DNA from: Pseudovirgaria hyperparasitica
Taxonomy: Eukaryota
Assembly (NCBI GenBank): GCA_010093815.1
Contig: ML996566.1
Length of the DNA: 64,000 nucleotides
Reading direction: 5' to 3' (one strand)
The position numbers and the translations under genes were made by a program. Below, piece by piece: positions 1-12,893 of the stretch. Numbering within the stretch: the first letter of the stretch is position 1; the number at the start of each line of letters is the position of its first letter. Below the pieces are notes generated by a model. That model searched no databases and was not told where the DNA came from. It saw only the letters and a list, made by a program, of their open reading frames with translations.

Positions 1-770
1 TTGATCTTCTGCAGGACGCTGCTTGCCAATACCACAACGTCACGCCACTGCAATGCGATGTCACATCCATAGACAGTATTCGTACCGCCGTTGAAGTCGT
101 CAGGAAGGAGTCCGACCATGTCGATGTACTCATCAACAACGCCGGCATCATTGGGCCTAATCACCTCGACGTCCACAAAGCCGAGACCATCGAGGACCTC
201 TCTGGCATCCTCCTCAGGGATTGGGATAAATGGGAGCCGACATTCGCCACAAACACAACCGCGATCGTGGGTGTGTCTGCGGCTTTTTTGCCATTGCTAG
301 ACGCAGCAAATCGAAGGAAGGGCTGGGAGAGTGGGAGGAAGGTTGCTCAGCGGGCGCGGTCACGAGAGATCAATGGGCTTGCGGAGGGTGTTGATGGGTC
401 CGATCCGAGGACGGCACAGATTATCAGCGTAACATCGATCGTATCGTTCAACCGAAATATCACTGATGGACTAGCGTACTCTAGTTCGAAGGCGGGTGCG
501 ACACATGTTGCTAAAATGCTTACTACCTTACTCGCGCCTTGGGGAATCAGGAGTAATGTTATTGCGCCAGGGTTCTTTCCTAGTGAGATGACGGCATCCA
601 TAACTGATAAATCGTTCCCACCGGAGATGATCCCAGCGGGTAGGCAAGGGTCCTATGAGGACATAGCTTCACTGGCGTTGTTCTTGGTTGGTAGAAGTGG
701 TGCGTATCAGAACGGTGTTGTTCAGATGCCTGATGGTGGTCGCATCTCCGTCCAGCCAGCGACCTACTAA
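1..770 (+). CDS. Short-chain dehydrogenase/reductase, 5' end outside the window
   Basis: Frame 3 is open from position 3 to TAA at 770. It reads ...LQCDVT...VDVLINNAG...AYSSSKAG...GIRSNVIAPG, giving the NNAG and YxxxK SDR motifs. Confidence 0.9.
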   Translation, partial: DLLQDAACQYHNVTPLQCDVTSIDSIRTAVEVVRKESDHVDVLINNAGIIGPNHLDVHKAETIEDLSGILLRDWDKWEPTFATNTTAIVGVSAAFLPLLDAANRRKGWESGRKVAQRARSREINGLAEGVDGSDPRTAQIISVTSIVSFNRNITDGLAYSSSKAGATHVAKMLTTLLAPWGIRSNVIAPGFFPSEMTASITDKSFPPEMIPAGRQGSYEDIASLALFLVGRSGAYQNGVVQMPDGGRISVQPATY

Positions 771-981
771 AAGATCATCATAGAAAAATGATAGACATAT
801 ACGAGGCTTATCAAAGCCATTGGTACATTCCTCATCGCCATTCTAGACGTATCTGTCATCCCCAAAGATCGCTTTTGAACCACTCGCTAAGATGCAATTG
901 TGCCCCTGAGCGGCATGCTGCCAAATGAGGCGTCACCAAAACTCCTATGAGCACCAAGCAAGACATGTACTCGATGATGAT

Positions 982-2222
982 TCATGAACTGCCGTCGCCG
1001 CCACCGCCACCACCATCACCACCGCTAACGCTACCGCCTTGCAAACTTCCCTCGTTGACGCTTGCACCCCCTTCTTCGGTGGTGCCATTGATCTCCTGGT
1101 ACTCTTCAATACTGACTCCCATTTCTCTCGCCAAGCGCTCCTCCTCCTTCTTCGCTCTGGCTGCCTCAGTCTCTCTTCGAAGCGCCTCAAGGTTCCAAGC
1201 ACCTGTGTTCTCATTATCATCGTCATCTTCATCCCCACTGGCGTCCCAATCACCACGCTCGAACAAGGCTCTGCCCGTTGCCTCCTTCATCGCGGCGGCC
1301 TGCTCCTCGGCGGCCTTCTTGTCGAGACGATTCTTCTTCCACACGGCGAACGACTCTTCTGTGACAGGTGTCAAGGTACCAGTAAGCTTATGTCGTTCAG
1401 ACTCTAGGAAGTCCTCGAGCGTGAGAGTGGCCATTGGCGACTTGTCCATTAGAGCCTTCTCAGCAGCACGTTGCTCCTTCGTCTTTAGTACGAACCTGGT
1501 ACCCATTAGATCGTAAGTTGACGATAGTTGGAAGAATACTCACCCAGGTGGTAGTGAATGCTTGTACATGCACTTGTCGCCACCATTCGGACACGTCCAA
1601 AACCAACCATATTTGCCGTTCTCCACAGCCTCGATAAAGAACTTGCAGACCTTTTCAGTCGTCGTTTTGGGGTTCCCATGCTTGGACAGAACGACGTTCC
1701 GCAGTTTCTCTTCGTCCCAGGTGGCCATATCATCCTTCTTTTTCTCCTCATCCTCTTCCTCCTGACGAGTGTCTGTATATAGCGACTTTTTCTCGCCTTT
1801 TCGCTCAATAGCGAGGTCATGTGAAAACTTACAGCGCTTACCTGGTCTTCAAGTTAGTGCATACCTACAATGAAAGTGTGTCAAATTTCCAATACCAACA
1901 TACCCTTCTCGCAGTGACCCTTCTTATAAAATTGACATAATATTGTCTTTGGGTCCACGCCGAATGGAACTTTCTGAGTCTGTACAGGTTTGAATAGTTC
2001 TGCCACTTCTCTCTTCGCATCCTCTGCTGCCTTCTTCTCCCTCTCACGCGCCGCCTTCTCGGCCTCCTTTTTCTTCTGATCCGGCGTCTTCGCGTCCGCA
2101 ACTTGACTCTTGATACGGTTTATCTCTTTTTGAGCTGCACCACCCTTCTTGTTTTTCATGCCAAAGGTCTTATCCACCTGCACCTTCTTGGCCTTCTCCT
2201 GATTCTGGCCTTTAGGCGCCAT
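982..2222 (-). CDS. TMA46: Translation machinery-associated CCCH zinc-finger protein (Tma46/ZC3H15), 3 exons
   Basis: [12 protein letters not shown]-terminus, [31 protein letters not shown], and a second finger [39 protein letters not shown] introns at about 1902-1843 and 1543-1497. Confidence 0.95.
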
Positions 2223-2737
2223 GTTTCAAAAGTTTGCGGCCAATTGATATTTCGTATGAGCTCGCGTGAGTAGGCTGCAAGACGACCGGAAACGATCCAG
2301 ATGTTCTCTGTGACGTGATTGGGCCTAGAGAGCGTGGATGAAGTTGGTGCGCGCGTGCGAGTTCTCAGGAATAGGGGGAATACAGTGTCGTTGTAAGCGG
2401 TGTCGGTCAAGGAAAAGTGCATAACGGAAATGACGTTCGCCGCCGGTGGTGGGCTTTGAGTGGGGTGTTTTAGTGTTTTACGCGTGGGTCACTGGCGCTT
2501 AGTCAGATATCTACGGTTCATCCACGTCGCTCATATGGCCGCATTTCGGGCAGGCCTCGTCGAGCAATTGAAGTCAACAACATACCAATAATTGTATCCT
2601 TCTCGGACTCGTAAAGTCTCCGCCATGTATGTCCTCTGTCATGGGAGCCCTTTGACGTGCTTTTAAATGCTTATGCGCCTCTAGAAATCGAACTCCGGTC
2701 AAGTGTAGCTGCGAAAGCTTCACACCTCATATTCGCG

Positions 2738-2908
2738 ATGATATCTGACACCTCGCTGTACTCGCTCGCCGTTTTTCTCGGGAGCGCAGCCATGGTCATG
2801 ATCGTTCTATACCATTTTCTTGAAGTCAACGCCAAAGACTCTGAACCACTCACAAGCGAACGGAAAGCGGACACAATACCTGCGCCCGCAAACAAGATAA
2901 AGGCATGA
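2738..2908 (+). CDS. OST4: Oligosaccharyltransferase small subunit Ost4
   Basis: MISDTSLYSLAVFLGSAAMVMIVLYHFLEVN matches the Ost4 single-TM signature (MISD...LIVLYH). Confidence 0.88.
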   Translation: MISDTSLYSLAVFLGSAAMVMIVLYHFLEVNAKDSEPLTSERKADTIPAPANKIKA

Positions 2909-3184
2909 GCGGAGTACGATACAGCATCGCATGGCGTTCTGGAGTTCAGTATTTTATGGGACATGACACGTTGCAAGAGCAGTAGCTCGATGGACCACAT
3001 GAATGGGCTGGCAGAAAGTCATCAAAACTTCGTACGCGAAGCCGCCTGCAAAAGTATATGTATCACAACTTTACGCAAATGTCACTCATCTCAACTGGGC
3101 ATTATTAGAATACGAAGAAATACGCCCACTACGATAACACCTTCTAATCTATCGTTCACGATCCCCCCGAGCCCTTGAATTCCG

Positions 3185-6100
3185 TCAATCTTCTGCATCT
3201 ACAACCTCTTCGATATGTTCATCGTCAATGAAGCCCATCCGTCGCTTGTCAGTTGCGAGTCGCGATCCGCCCTGGTCAACGCCTGGACCAAACGAGCGTT
3301 TGCGATTCTCAAGATCCCTCTGTGCCTCTCTTGCTTCTTCCTCCACTGGCTTCTTCGGTGGACGGCCAGGCTTCCTGGGCTGGTCGGTAGTCTGTCCCTG
3401 AGAGGATGGCTGTCCAGAGGCTGAGGTGATCCTAGGTGTTACCCGTCGCCCACGACTGTCTGACATATAAGCTTCTGACATCTCAGAGTCATGTGCATCT
3501 ATCGAATAAGATTAGTTCCTGCTGTAGAATATATCATAGTGCCTTACCAGATAACCCACTAGCTGGTCCATCACCCTGTGTCCATGCAATGCTCTGTAAA
3601 TGTTGTAACTCGATGTGCGCTTTCCATTGTTCCTCTAAAGAGAACCAGAGAGGCTTCCTGGTGGATCTCTCATGGCCATTCTCGTCGCGTTCTTTGACAT
3701 CTCTACCACATCCTGACCACAAACAGTCAAGACCACCAGTCGTGGAAAACTTGCGGTGGACTTTGAACACGTGCTTCCGAAGAGTATTAAGGTTGTGGAG
3801 TTCAGCTACACAGTCTTTCCAGCCACATTTGAACACGCTAAATGACCTCTCCGGGGAACGTTTCTGACCGTTAGATGGTTCGGTAGTAGCCGTCCGTTCG
3901 TTCACAGTCGTCGCATTACGTAGGGTACTGGGTGGCCTACCTCCGCGAGTCGGGTAGCTTGTATGCGATTGAGCGGCGGCAGAGCCATGAATGGCTTTGC
4001 GCCAACCCACAGGTCGACCTTTCCTTTTGATAGGCGTGCCATCTGCTGCAAATTGCTGAAAGGCTGCATATCCAGTCCCTTTGCCAGGGGCGCTATAAAC
4101 ACCACCTGAGGGATTAGATGATGGGGTTTGACTTGGCCCAGATTGTGAGGAAGGTAGTCTGCGATCACCGTAACCTGAAGGTCGATGTTCGCGTGCAGAT
4201 CCCACGGGCGCAGACTGTGGTTGAGGCTCGCCGTCTCCAAATCCATAAGGCCGTGTGGTGCCTGAACGACCGTGCAAAGGCGGACGGCCCCTTCGTTTTG
4301 GGATCTTATGAAATGTGGGTGTACTTGGAACCATCGTCATAGACGTGACTGAGTTTCCACCAGTGATAACCGCTTGTTGAAGCGCCATTCTCGGTCGAGC
4401 CAGCTGTCTACGTTCCTCATCATCCGAATCGTCGTCTTCGTCATCAGCCAAGTCACCGTCCAACGTATTCATCAGCATCTCTTTCGGCGGCTCTCCTGGG
4501 TCTACAAGCCCCCATCGGAAGGTGCTGAGGTCAGAGAAATTGTCGACGTATCTGAAGGTGGTCTTGAGAATGTCTAGATGCGCATTAAGAGGACGCATAT
4601 CTGGATGACGTCCAGTTGCCAGCAATACGTCACGAGCGATGGTCTTAGAATTATAAGTTGATCTTCGAAGTGCATTCTTCCGATCAAATGGCTTGACAAC
4701 ATCTAGTTGGCTCAAGTCATCCTTCGAGGGAGCAGGTGCGACGGCGCCGGACCCGAATCGAACTGCGTTCGTTGCTGGCTGGCTCGTATTCGGCTGCTGC
4801 CATTGAAATGTTGTCTCTGTCGCAGACACATCATACTTCGGTGGTATTTGCGAGTTTGCGACAGGCGCCTGTGAAGTGTATGAAACCGTCCCCGTGTTAA
4901 TTCGTTTCGGAGGGAGGGGGTCGTCTTCATCGGAAATTGCTGTTAGGTCGATTAGATCGCTGAAGTTACGTTTTCGCGCAGCTTCCTCTTTGCTCTTCGG
5001 CTGGCTCATAACCGGCTTTGGTACTGTCAGAGCAGATCCTATATCGTCGACAGGCGGAGCATTATCGGAGTCATAACTGGAAGCAACGGGCAGGTCTGGC
5101 GTGAAGTAAGGGGTAGTGGAGCCGCCAGCGGGAATATCTGGGTAATTGGACATAGTAGATGCACCGTCATTTCGAGGACCGGACGCTGTGTAGGGTGATT
5201 TAGCATAGCTTGGACTTTCGTAAGCGACTGAGGGTCCGGGATAGATCGTAGTAGGGAGTATCGTGGAACTACTTGTGGCTGCAGGCAATGATGTCGGCGC
5301 TCCGTTGAGAGGTGTAGTGGTCGAAGGAGATCTCTTAGGCGCGTCACGTTGTCTGTGCTGTCGATATGCCGAATTAACATCTGGAACTGCTTCCAAAAGA
5401 TGTCGCGCAAACGAAGCTCGGTCAAGCTTAATTGCGCGAGATTCAAACCATTCACAGAGCTCGATGTAGGTTGGATTCTTGTCAAGCTTGTCGCAAATCT
5501 CTTTAGCTGAGACGATCTTGTCGACATTTGCAGGTTGGCTGTTCAGCCATCTTGCCGCAGCGGCTGCGAGGGCTTCTCTCTTTTCAGGGGGCCAGAGAGC
5601 CCCTGCTGATGACTTCGGGGCGGGCCTGGCAGATGGAGCACGCGAGGCGGAGACGGCGGGCCCGGGTGGCTGAACTGCAGGTGCCATACTTTGTGGAGTT
5701 GGAGTCGCCTTTACGCCGTTTGTCTGACCCTTGGTAGGTTTGATGGGTACTGACTGCGTTGTAGCCTGTGCCACGGGTGTCGGTTTGTGTTGCACCGTTG
5801 GAGACTGTGATGAAGTACCTTGCGCCTTGCGTTCTTCTTCCCAAATCTTAGCTAGCAGAGTTGGGTTCTTCGTGTTGTATTGACGCATCTTTGCCATCAA
5901 TGCGCGGATTTCTGCTTCTTCAGCAGTTTCCACTGGCTCGACATTCTGAACAGCAGGGCTGTTTGACGCGGCCGCAGCAGCCTTGGCTTCATCTCTTTTC
6001 TTCTTGCTCTCTGCCCGTTTCCTTTTACGCTCTTCGTCTTTAACTTTCTTTTCGTCTTCTTTTTGTTTCGCTTTAAGCGCCTCTGCCTGTCTCTGAGCTT

Positions 6101-7046
6101 CTTCGGCTCTCAGTGCACTCTCTTGCTCAGCCCGGATCCGCTGCTCTTCAGCCAACCGTGCCCTCTCCTCCTCGGCCTTGCGTGCATTCTCCTGCTCTGC
6201 TCTGCGTGCAGCTTCCGCTCGGATGGCATCTTCGGCGGCCTTAGCCGCGCGTGCAGCTTCCTGCTTTCTTTGGATTTCGGGCCAAGGGTCATACACCTGG
6301 ATGGGATCAACAGTGCTTGTCGTCGTTGACCCGTAAGTACCAGTGACGCTATTAGGAGTCGGATGCTGATATTTTGGGCTGCCACGACTTGGAGTTTGAG
6401 TGGTATTACTATTGTGGTCGGACCTGGAGGCGTTGCTGGGGTCCCTTGCATGAGACGTAGGTCTAGCATATGAAGCGGGAGCTTCTGTACGGGTTTGCGG
6501 ACCTGCTGTCGTGTATGTCGTTTGTGATGGGAAGGCCACAGACGCTGGCATAGGAAGGCCGTATCGTGCACTCGATTGGGTCTGTCCTGCAGTGCTCGCA
6601 GGTCGCGAGGGACGATTCACATACGCCGCGGGAGGAGTCGTAGTGCGATTGTTGGTAGTCTGCTGTGAGTTTGCAGTATATCGATGTGCTGCCGTTGTCG
6701 CTGCTTGCATGCCGGGACTGCTTAAGGCGCCCCCGTTGTTGTAGGCTGTGTTGCTCAGATTGCGCAGCGCTTCAGCAGCTCGACCGTCTTGCGCTCCTTC
6801 ATAGCTTCCATTCCACCCCGAGGCATTGTGCGATTGATGTGTAGTGGCATATACACTGGCACGGTTTCGATCCTGGCCCTGACCCTGATTTGGATGCTGA
6901 GCTGGAGCGTGGTACTCCGTTGAGAAATTCTGATTGTATGGGGTTGTCGAGGACTGAGACTCGTACCCTGCGAAGGACTGTTGACCATTTGACTGGCTGT
7001 TCTGTCCGTAATAATTTGCCGGAGCATAGTATTCGTTTGAGCCCAT
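3185..7046 (-). CDS. Large low-complexity nuclear protein with AT-hook-like motifs and C2H2-like zinc fingers, 2 exons
   Basis: The 1170-aa ORF splices (GTAAGG 3547...ACTAAT...TAG 3499) in frame to the 3498-3185 exon. Motifs include KRRGRPP, RKGRPVGWRK, RKPGRPPK and CGWKDC...LRKHVFKVH. Confidence 0.8.
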
Positions 7047-7428
7047 CTTGTCGCGTATTCAAGAAGGACCAGGATGTCAACTTCGATTAGTCGCTGCGGC
7101 GCGACGTGGAATGGTTAATTTTGCCAGCATGTATCGAGCCAGGACCGTTAGTCGGAGGTAGTCCTACATAAGAGTTGCGGGTCTGAATAGCAGATTTCGA
7201 AGTGCTGTGTAAATGGACCAAAAGTTCATTCACGCGTAATTAATGGGATCTCGTGTTCTTGGTTGATGGTCGTGATGGCCACTTACGATCATGACTAAGA
7301 TTCATTAGCGCGGTAAAGGGCTCGCTTAGCAGATTTGGAGATCACGGACACACAAGCTACAATTTTGACGCCCAGCGACAACGACACCTCCCCGCCCGAC
7401 TCAACTAACCACAGCCTCATCCTCCGTC

Positions 7429-7960
7429 ATGACGAAAATCAATACCGGTATGCGTTTAAAGGTCCCTAGAATGTCTCAATACTAAGCTCTACAGCTGTGC
7501 ACTCCTCGCGGAGAAAGGCGCGCAAGGCGCACTTCGGTGCTCCCTCCAGTGTCCGCCGCACAATTATGAGCGCACCATTGAGCAAGGAACTGAGGGAGAA
7601 GTACAATGTACGAATTCCTTCTCACATAATCTGATACACCGCGTTCTGTAAGTAGGTATGATGCGAACTAAGACGCTAATACCCAGTCTCTAGGTCCGCT
7701 CAATTCCTATCCGCAAGGACGACGAGATTGTTATCACCCGAGGAACCAACAAGGGTCGCGAAGGCAAAGTCACCTCCGTTTACCGTCTGAAGTGGGTTAT
7801 TCACGTCGAGAGAGTCTCCCGCGAAAAGTCAAACGGCCAATCAGTACCCCTCGGCATTGCCCCGTCAAAGGTTCAGATAACTAAGTTGAAGCTGGACAAG
7901 GACCGCGAGAGTATTCTTGAGCGTAAGGGTGCTGGTAGTCAACAAAAGAAGGAGGCATGA
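7429..7960 (+). CDS. RPL26: 60S ribosomal protein L26 (uL24), 3 exons; absent from the ORF track
   Basis: Spliced translation [84 protein letters not shown]...; introns ~7448-7493 and 7608-7693. Confidence 0.97.
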
Positions 7961-8908
7961 GTGGCCCAGAGCGGTCAGGGTTGACGATATTTCATGGCCT
8001 CTTTGTCCTGTTTCACCGGCGTGGGATTGTATTCGGTCTCTGTCAAGAGCATTGCGCTACAAATTCGGCATGGGACAATATGAGGACAATGTGCAGTGTG
8101 CTAGCGGATTATCGATGGTCATACATGCGGACCTAGCAAAAAATCGAAATAGTATCTGCTCACGGCGGTGACACACTCTAGGCTCATGTGGTGCCCTTGG
8201 TGTGACGTGGAAGTGAGCATGGTTTTGGTGACGACATGTGAATCTTTGTGATATCACCACTAACTCTGTTTCCTTTGTCCTAGAAACATACAATATCCGC
8301 TAAATATCAATTCAGCAGCCACCTCCGGCAACGGTTGGACTTCATGGTTGTTAGAGTTAAACGACTAGCGAAGAGCGAAGCAATCTGGCTTTATCAAGCC
8401 AGACTTGCCGGCAGACTTATCTCAAAGAAGCAATTCAAGGAAGAGACGAGTTTGAAGGCGAGAGACATTTGGAAGTCAAAAAGTCCTGCTAATAATTGAA
8501 CGGACGCGGGTAAATCGTAATGCGCTGTTGCAGACATGACTGTATCTATGTTTGGTTGTATGTCCTTGACTGATCAAACTACGACACCTAGACGCTCACG
8601 GTTACTCCGTCATCTCACCTGTCCTGTCACGTGCCACTATATATAATCAATCATCCAACAATCGGCTAATCCGGATGACGCAACCGTTCCCTGCAGCAAT
8701 CGACAGCCTTTCGGCTCCGCATTTCTAAACATCCAACGACATGTTGACAAATCATTAACCTATGACCAAGGTATATTAATCAATACATGAACATATGTAA
8801 ATAATTCAATTTCATGTCACCCATCTTTCTCTTATCTTTAAATCGAGTCCATCAAATAGCATCTTACAATCCCATCCAGAAAACACAATCCCATTCTTCA
8901 AAACCACA

Positions 8909-9766
8909 ATGGCATCCAAGCTCATCGCCATTGTCGCCGGTGTTGGTCCCGGCACTGGTGCTGCAGTTGCAAAGAAATTCGCAGCATCATACCCTGTCGT
9001 CCTCCTCGCTCGTAATCCCGACAGCTATGAGCCTCTCGCAAAAGAGATCAACGGCGGCGGCGGCAAGGCCATCGGTATCAGCACTGACATCTCCAACTCA
9101 CAAAGTGTGAAGGATGCATTTGCCAAGATCGAGCAAGAATTCGGCAAGGACGTGGCTGCTGCCGTACGCCCAAGTCCCACCTTGATTGCTGGCGTTAGGA
9201 TCCACCATAACTGACGTGTTATTCTAGGCCGCCATCTTCAACGCCAGTGGCCGTTTTCAACGCAAGCCATTCCTCGAGCTCACCGAGGAAGACTTCAACG
9301 TCGGGCTAGATGTTAGCGCGAAAGGAGCATTCTTATTCTCCCAAGCCACGCTGCCACTCTTGCAGAAGGGCAAAGCTAGCTCGCAGCACCCACCAAGTCT
9401 GATCTTCACAGGCGCAACGGCGTCCGTAAAGGGGTCGGCGCAGATGTCTTCGTTTGCCACGGGGAAGTTCGCTCTGCGAGCGCTGACGCAGAGTCTCGCG
9501 CGCGAGTTTGGACCGCAGGGGATTCATGTTAGCCACGCGATTATTGATGGGGTGATTGACATTCCACGGACAAAGGAGTGGATGAAGGACGCTGGGCCCG
9601 AGGCCAAAATCTCGGCTGATGGGGTGAGTATTCCTGTTTCTCCGTTGTTCAGTCTAGATATCCTAACATGGCATAGATTGCGGATGCGTACTGGCACTTG
9701 CACACGCAACCGAGGACGACCTTCACTTGGGAGATCGACATTAGACCAGCTGTTGAGAAGTGGTAA
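8909..9766 (+). CDS. Short-chain dehydrogenase/NAD(P)-binding oxidoreductase, 3 exons
   Basis: Rossmann motif IVAGVGPGTG, then FTGATASVKG and FATGKFALRALTQSLAREFGPQGIHVSHAIIDG. Ends WEIDIRPAVEKW* after the second intron. Confidence 0.9.
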
Positions 9767-10276
9767 GTTTGAACATATAGTTGATCATCGGAAGTAGTCA
9801 CGATTGTATGTAGTAGAGGCTTTGCATATAATCGAGCCTACATTTCTCTTCAGGCTTTTACGCCGTGATAATAGGAACTGGAAGGCTAGATGTTCAACAA
9901 TCATCCACGTACAAAACAAATGCAAAGTGTAGTATGGGCACACAGGTTCCACTCCTAATCTGAAGCAATGATAACTGAGTAGTTCGGCTTATAGGTAATA
10001 GGAATATGAGCATAGAGATGGCCTCCATGAAGCCATACATACACAAGGTTTGCCAAACTCCCGGAGAATGGTCAAGTCTAAGCTCCACATGCGGGCTTCT
10101 AGTACAGTGTTTGCTGCCAATCGAATGCGTGGTCTTGAAGAGGCTACCTGATGCATAGTGAGTCCGAATGAACGACCTGCACGTACCCGGACCCGACCTG
10201 TAAACATGCTTCTTACCATGCTCGGTTCGCTCGATCCGGATCAGATCCTTCCCTTCTGTGTGGCGTAGTACGACCC

Positions 10277-11411
10277 TCAGATGTAGCAACTTGCTGTGTT
10301 TCCTGAGCTGGCGTCGGATGACGAGGTGTTCCTCTCCAGCGTCTCATCAACCTCTCTTTGACTTCAAGTCAATGTTAGTAAACGCGAAGTAGTGAGAGAT
10401 CTATCAAGAACCTTACGTGTCATATCATCTTTCCATTTTTTGCCGAAGCAGACATGCAGACCAATTGCTAAGATAGCGACAGCCCAGGCTCCAAGCATTG
10501 CAACCCAAATAGCCCATGCTGCAATCTGAAATTTCTTACCTGCATCACGGCAGGTCCGCCAACAGTCATTCTCATTGTTACAGGCCTTGCTGTAATTGCT
10601 ATAAATCCAGCCTGCTGGATCTGTGTGATTGAATCCCTCTACACCCGTGCAATTCTTGGTTTCTGGTTGTTCCGTACATTCGACTCTGGTGTCCATATCC
10701 GTACATGTCAGTAGGGGTCCTAGTGATTTGTCTTTGTACCGTTCATCGAATACTCGATCTGAAAGGCCCCAGTGGTCAGTAGTAACGGTCAAAGCTGTCG
10801 AATAGTTGTCGCCCTTCATGTAGCTTTCTGTGGCGCTCTCAAGCTGACAGAAAGTTTCAATGGTTATCCGGGAAGTATATTGGGCCATACAATTTTCTAT
10901 GAGGCAGCGCAGAGGCTTTGGCGTAGCTGACCCTCTACCTTTACAACCAGTGGCTGACTTCCAGCAGTTCACACCCCACATGGTAGTGTCACACTTATTT
11001 GGGCTTGAAGGTGTAGGTGTTGCTGTGGGTGCGTCAACGGTCGTGCTAGAAGACGTGGCTGAGGTCGCGAAGGCAAGATCATTAGGAAAGGACCCTGGTC
11101 TAACTCTTCTTTGGGATCGCAAGTTTTGCGAGTGACAGCTGGTATCGTCTCTGCAAAGTGGGACGGTGTTCGTAGGATCGTGTTTGGTAGTAAGTGTAGC
11201 GTGTATATTGGCAGGCCTAGGGGCGAAGCGAACTTGCGCTAGGTTATGAAAGTTGTTCGCTTCATTGCTTTCTGTGCAGCATTGGTATCGTAGTCGAGAG
11301 ATCGGCTTTCTACTTACGCTCTCGCTGGAACTCGTTCCCATAATGAAAACCAAGTCCAAGCACTTCGTAACTGAAAGATAGGAGTGTGAGACTGGTGAGT
11401 CCAAACCTCAT
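10277..11411 (-). CDS. Putative secreted, single-pass membrane, cysteine-rich protein of unknown function, 3 exons
   Basis: ATG 11411 gives a hydrophobic N-terminus (MRFGLTSLTLLSFSYEVLG). A GTAAGT...CAG intron joins it in frame to the 346-aa ORF, which has a Thr/Ser-rich linker, a Cys-rich region and a TM segment (IAAWAIWVAMLGAWAVAILAIGL). A second intron (GTAAGG...ACTAAC...AAG) leads to a short tail. Confidence 0.65.
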
Positions 11412-11982
11412 AGTTCTTTACCGGAGATGAATGAAAGTGTTATGAATGAGGCTGGATGCAGCAGAGAGCGAAAGTAAGATTTTATTTTTGTGTCGATGAA
11501 GAGCGTATCCAAGAGAAGTCTGCCCCAAAAAGGGCATGAAGCGAAAGATAAGCATCGCAGTCTAATACAAGCAAGGTCGTTCCGACCGGTACCATCCTCG
11601 TCAAAACAGAAGGAGCATGCTGCATCTGTAGACTAATGTGTCGGCTCGTCTGGGACGTCCTTGATCTACAGACTGATCTGAAGAAAGTATGATACTCACC
11701 CAGCTCCAATACTAATCAGAAAATGCACATGCGCGCGTCTCAGCCAGATCCCGTGCAAAATGTGTTCAACGCGTGAGAGAAAGACGACGGATAAAATGTT
11801 GGAATGGCATGAGCGTGAGGCTTGGCATGGTGTTTGGTGGGGGTTTCCAGTAAAGGTTCAGCCTACTACCTGGCTGGAGCCACCTAGGAAGTCTTTGCCT
11901 CTCGTGCCGTCGCGCGCTTTCGACTTCTCAACCCCCTCCTCTTTACGAAGTTTCATCGCCATTTACACACAAAGTCGCCAAC

Positions 11983-12298
11983 ATGCCTTCAGGAGCAGGA
12001 AGTACGTAAATTCGTACTAGTCGTACACCAAAGTCACCCACTAACGCGCCTCGCAGCTGGTACCAATCCCATCCACAATAAGCAGAAGAAAAAGGTTGCG
12101 AAGGAGTTGGACGAAGATGAGATAGCATTCAAGGCAAAGCAACAAGCTGGTCGGTCATGAATTACGTCCCATTATAGACATACTTGCTCACATGTGGATA
12201 CAGATAAGAAGGCGCGCGAAGAGATGGCGAAGAAAGCGGGAGGGAAAGGGCCTTTAAACAGCGGTAACCAGGGTATCAAGAAGTCTGGAAAGAAATAG
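11983..12298 (+). CDS. TMA7: Translation machinery-associated protein 7, 3 exons; absent from the ORF track
   Basis: Spliced translation ...[52 protein letters not shown], the characteristic Tma7 C-terminus. Confidence 0.93.
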
Positions 12299-12893
12299 GT
12301 GCTTTCGTACTCGATATTGAAGCAGGACTGCGGTCAGAGACGAGCACATTGCTAGCATCTAATATAGAACCCTTGAAATTCTGCAGTAGTATTCGAGGAA
12401 ATACACTTGGTACTATTGCACCACACGATAGCGCTCAGGTAGAACGATTCCACCCTTGCAAAGTCGAGGGAGTTTGTGGTCTTTTGGAAAAACCATAAAT
12501 ACAATCACGCAAATGCTTCGACTCATATTCTTTCTATCACTACAGCAGACAGATGCGATCATGGGTCTACCAAGTAAGGCTGTTATCGATTGTGGCTGAT
12601 GATCCACATGAAGCGGTTGCCCCAGAGAACTCCACTTTGTTGTGTGTGGCTCGCTAGTTAGCTCATCACCCTTCCGGTTTCCATTCCTGGCAGTTCTAAA
12701 CCACAAAACCTCTTCGCAAACTTGTGCGCTTTCTCTCTGATACGTCATCATCTGTATTTACATATACACACCGTAAGCTGCGAACCAAACTCTACCATTA
12801 CGTTGTCCCCTACTAAGCGAAAACCCGTAGCAAGTCTTAGTGTGCCATCGGTTCCGCTCCGCCAGCAGGCGTTCGTACCCCCATATCACAAGC

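Noticed and set aside
947..1516. Long antisense or alternate-frame ORFs overlapping real genes (also 23655-24260, 25035-25637, 54345-54995, 60653-61252)
   Set aside because: They are shadows of biased codon usage in the true CDS.
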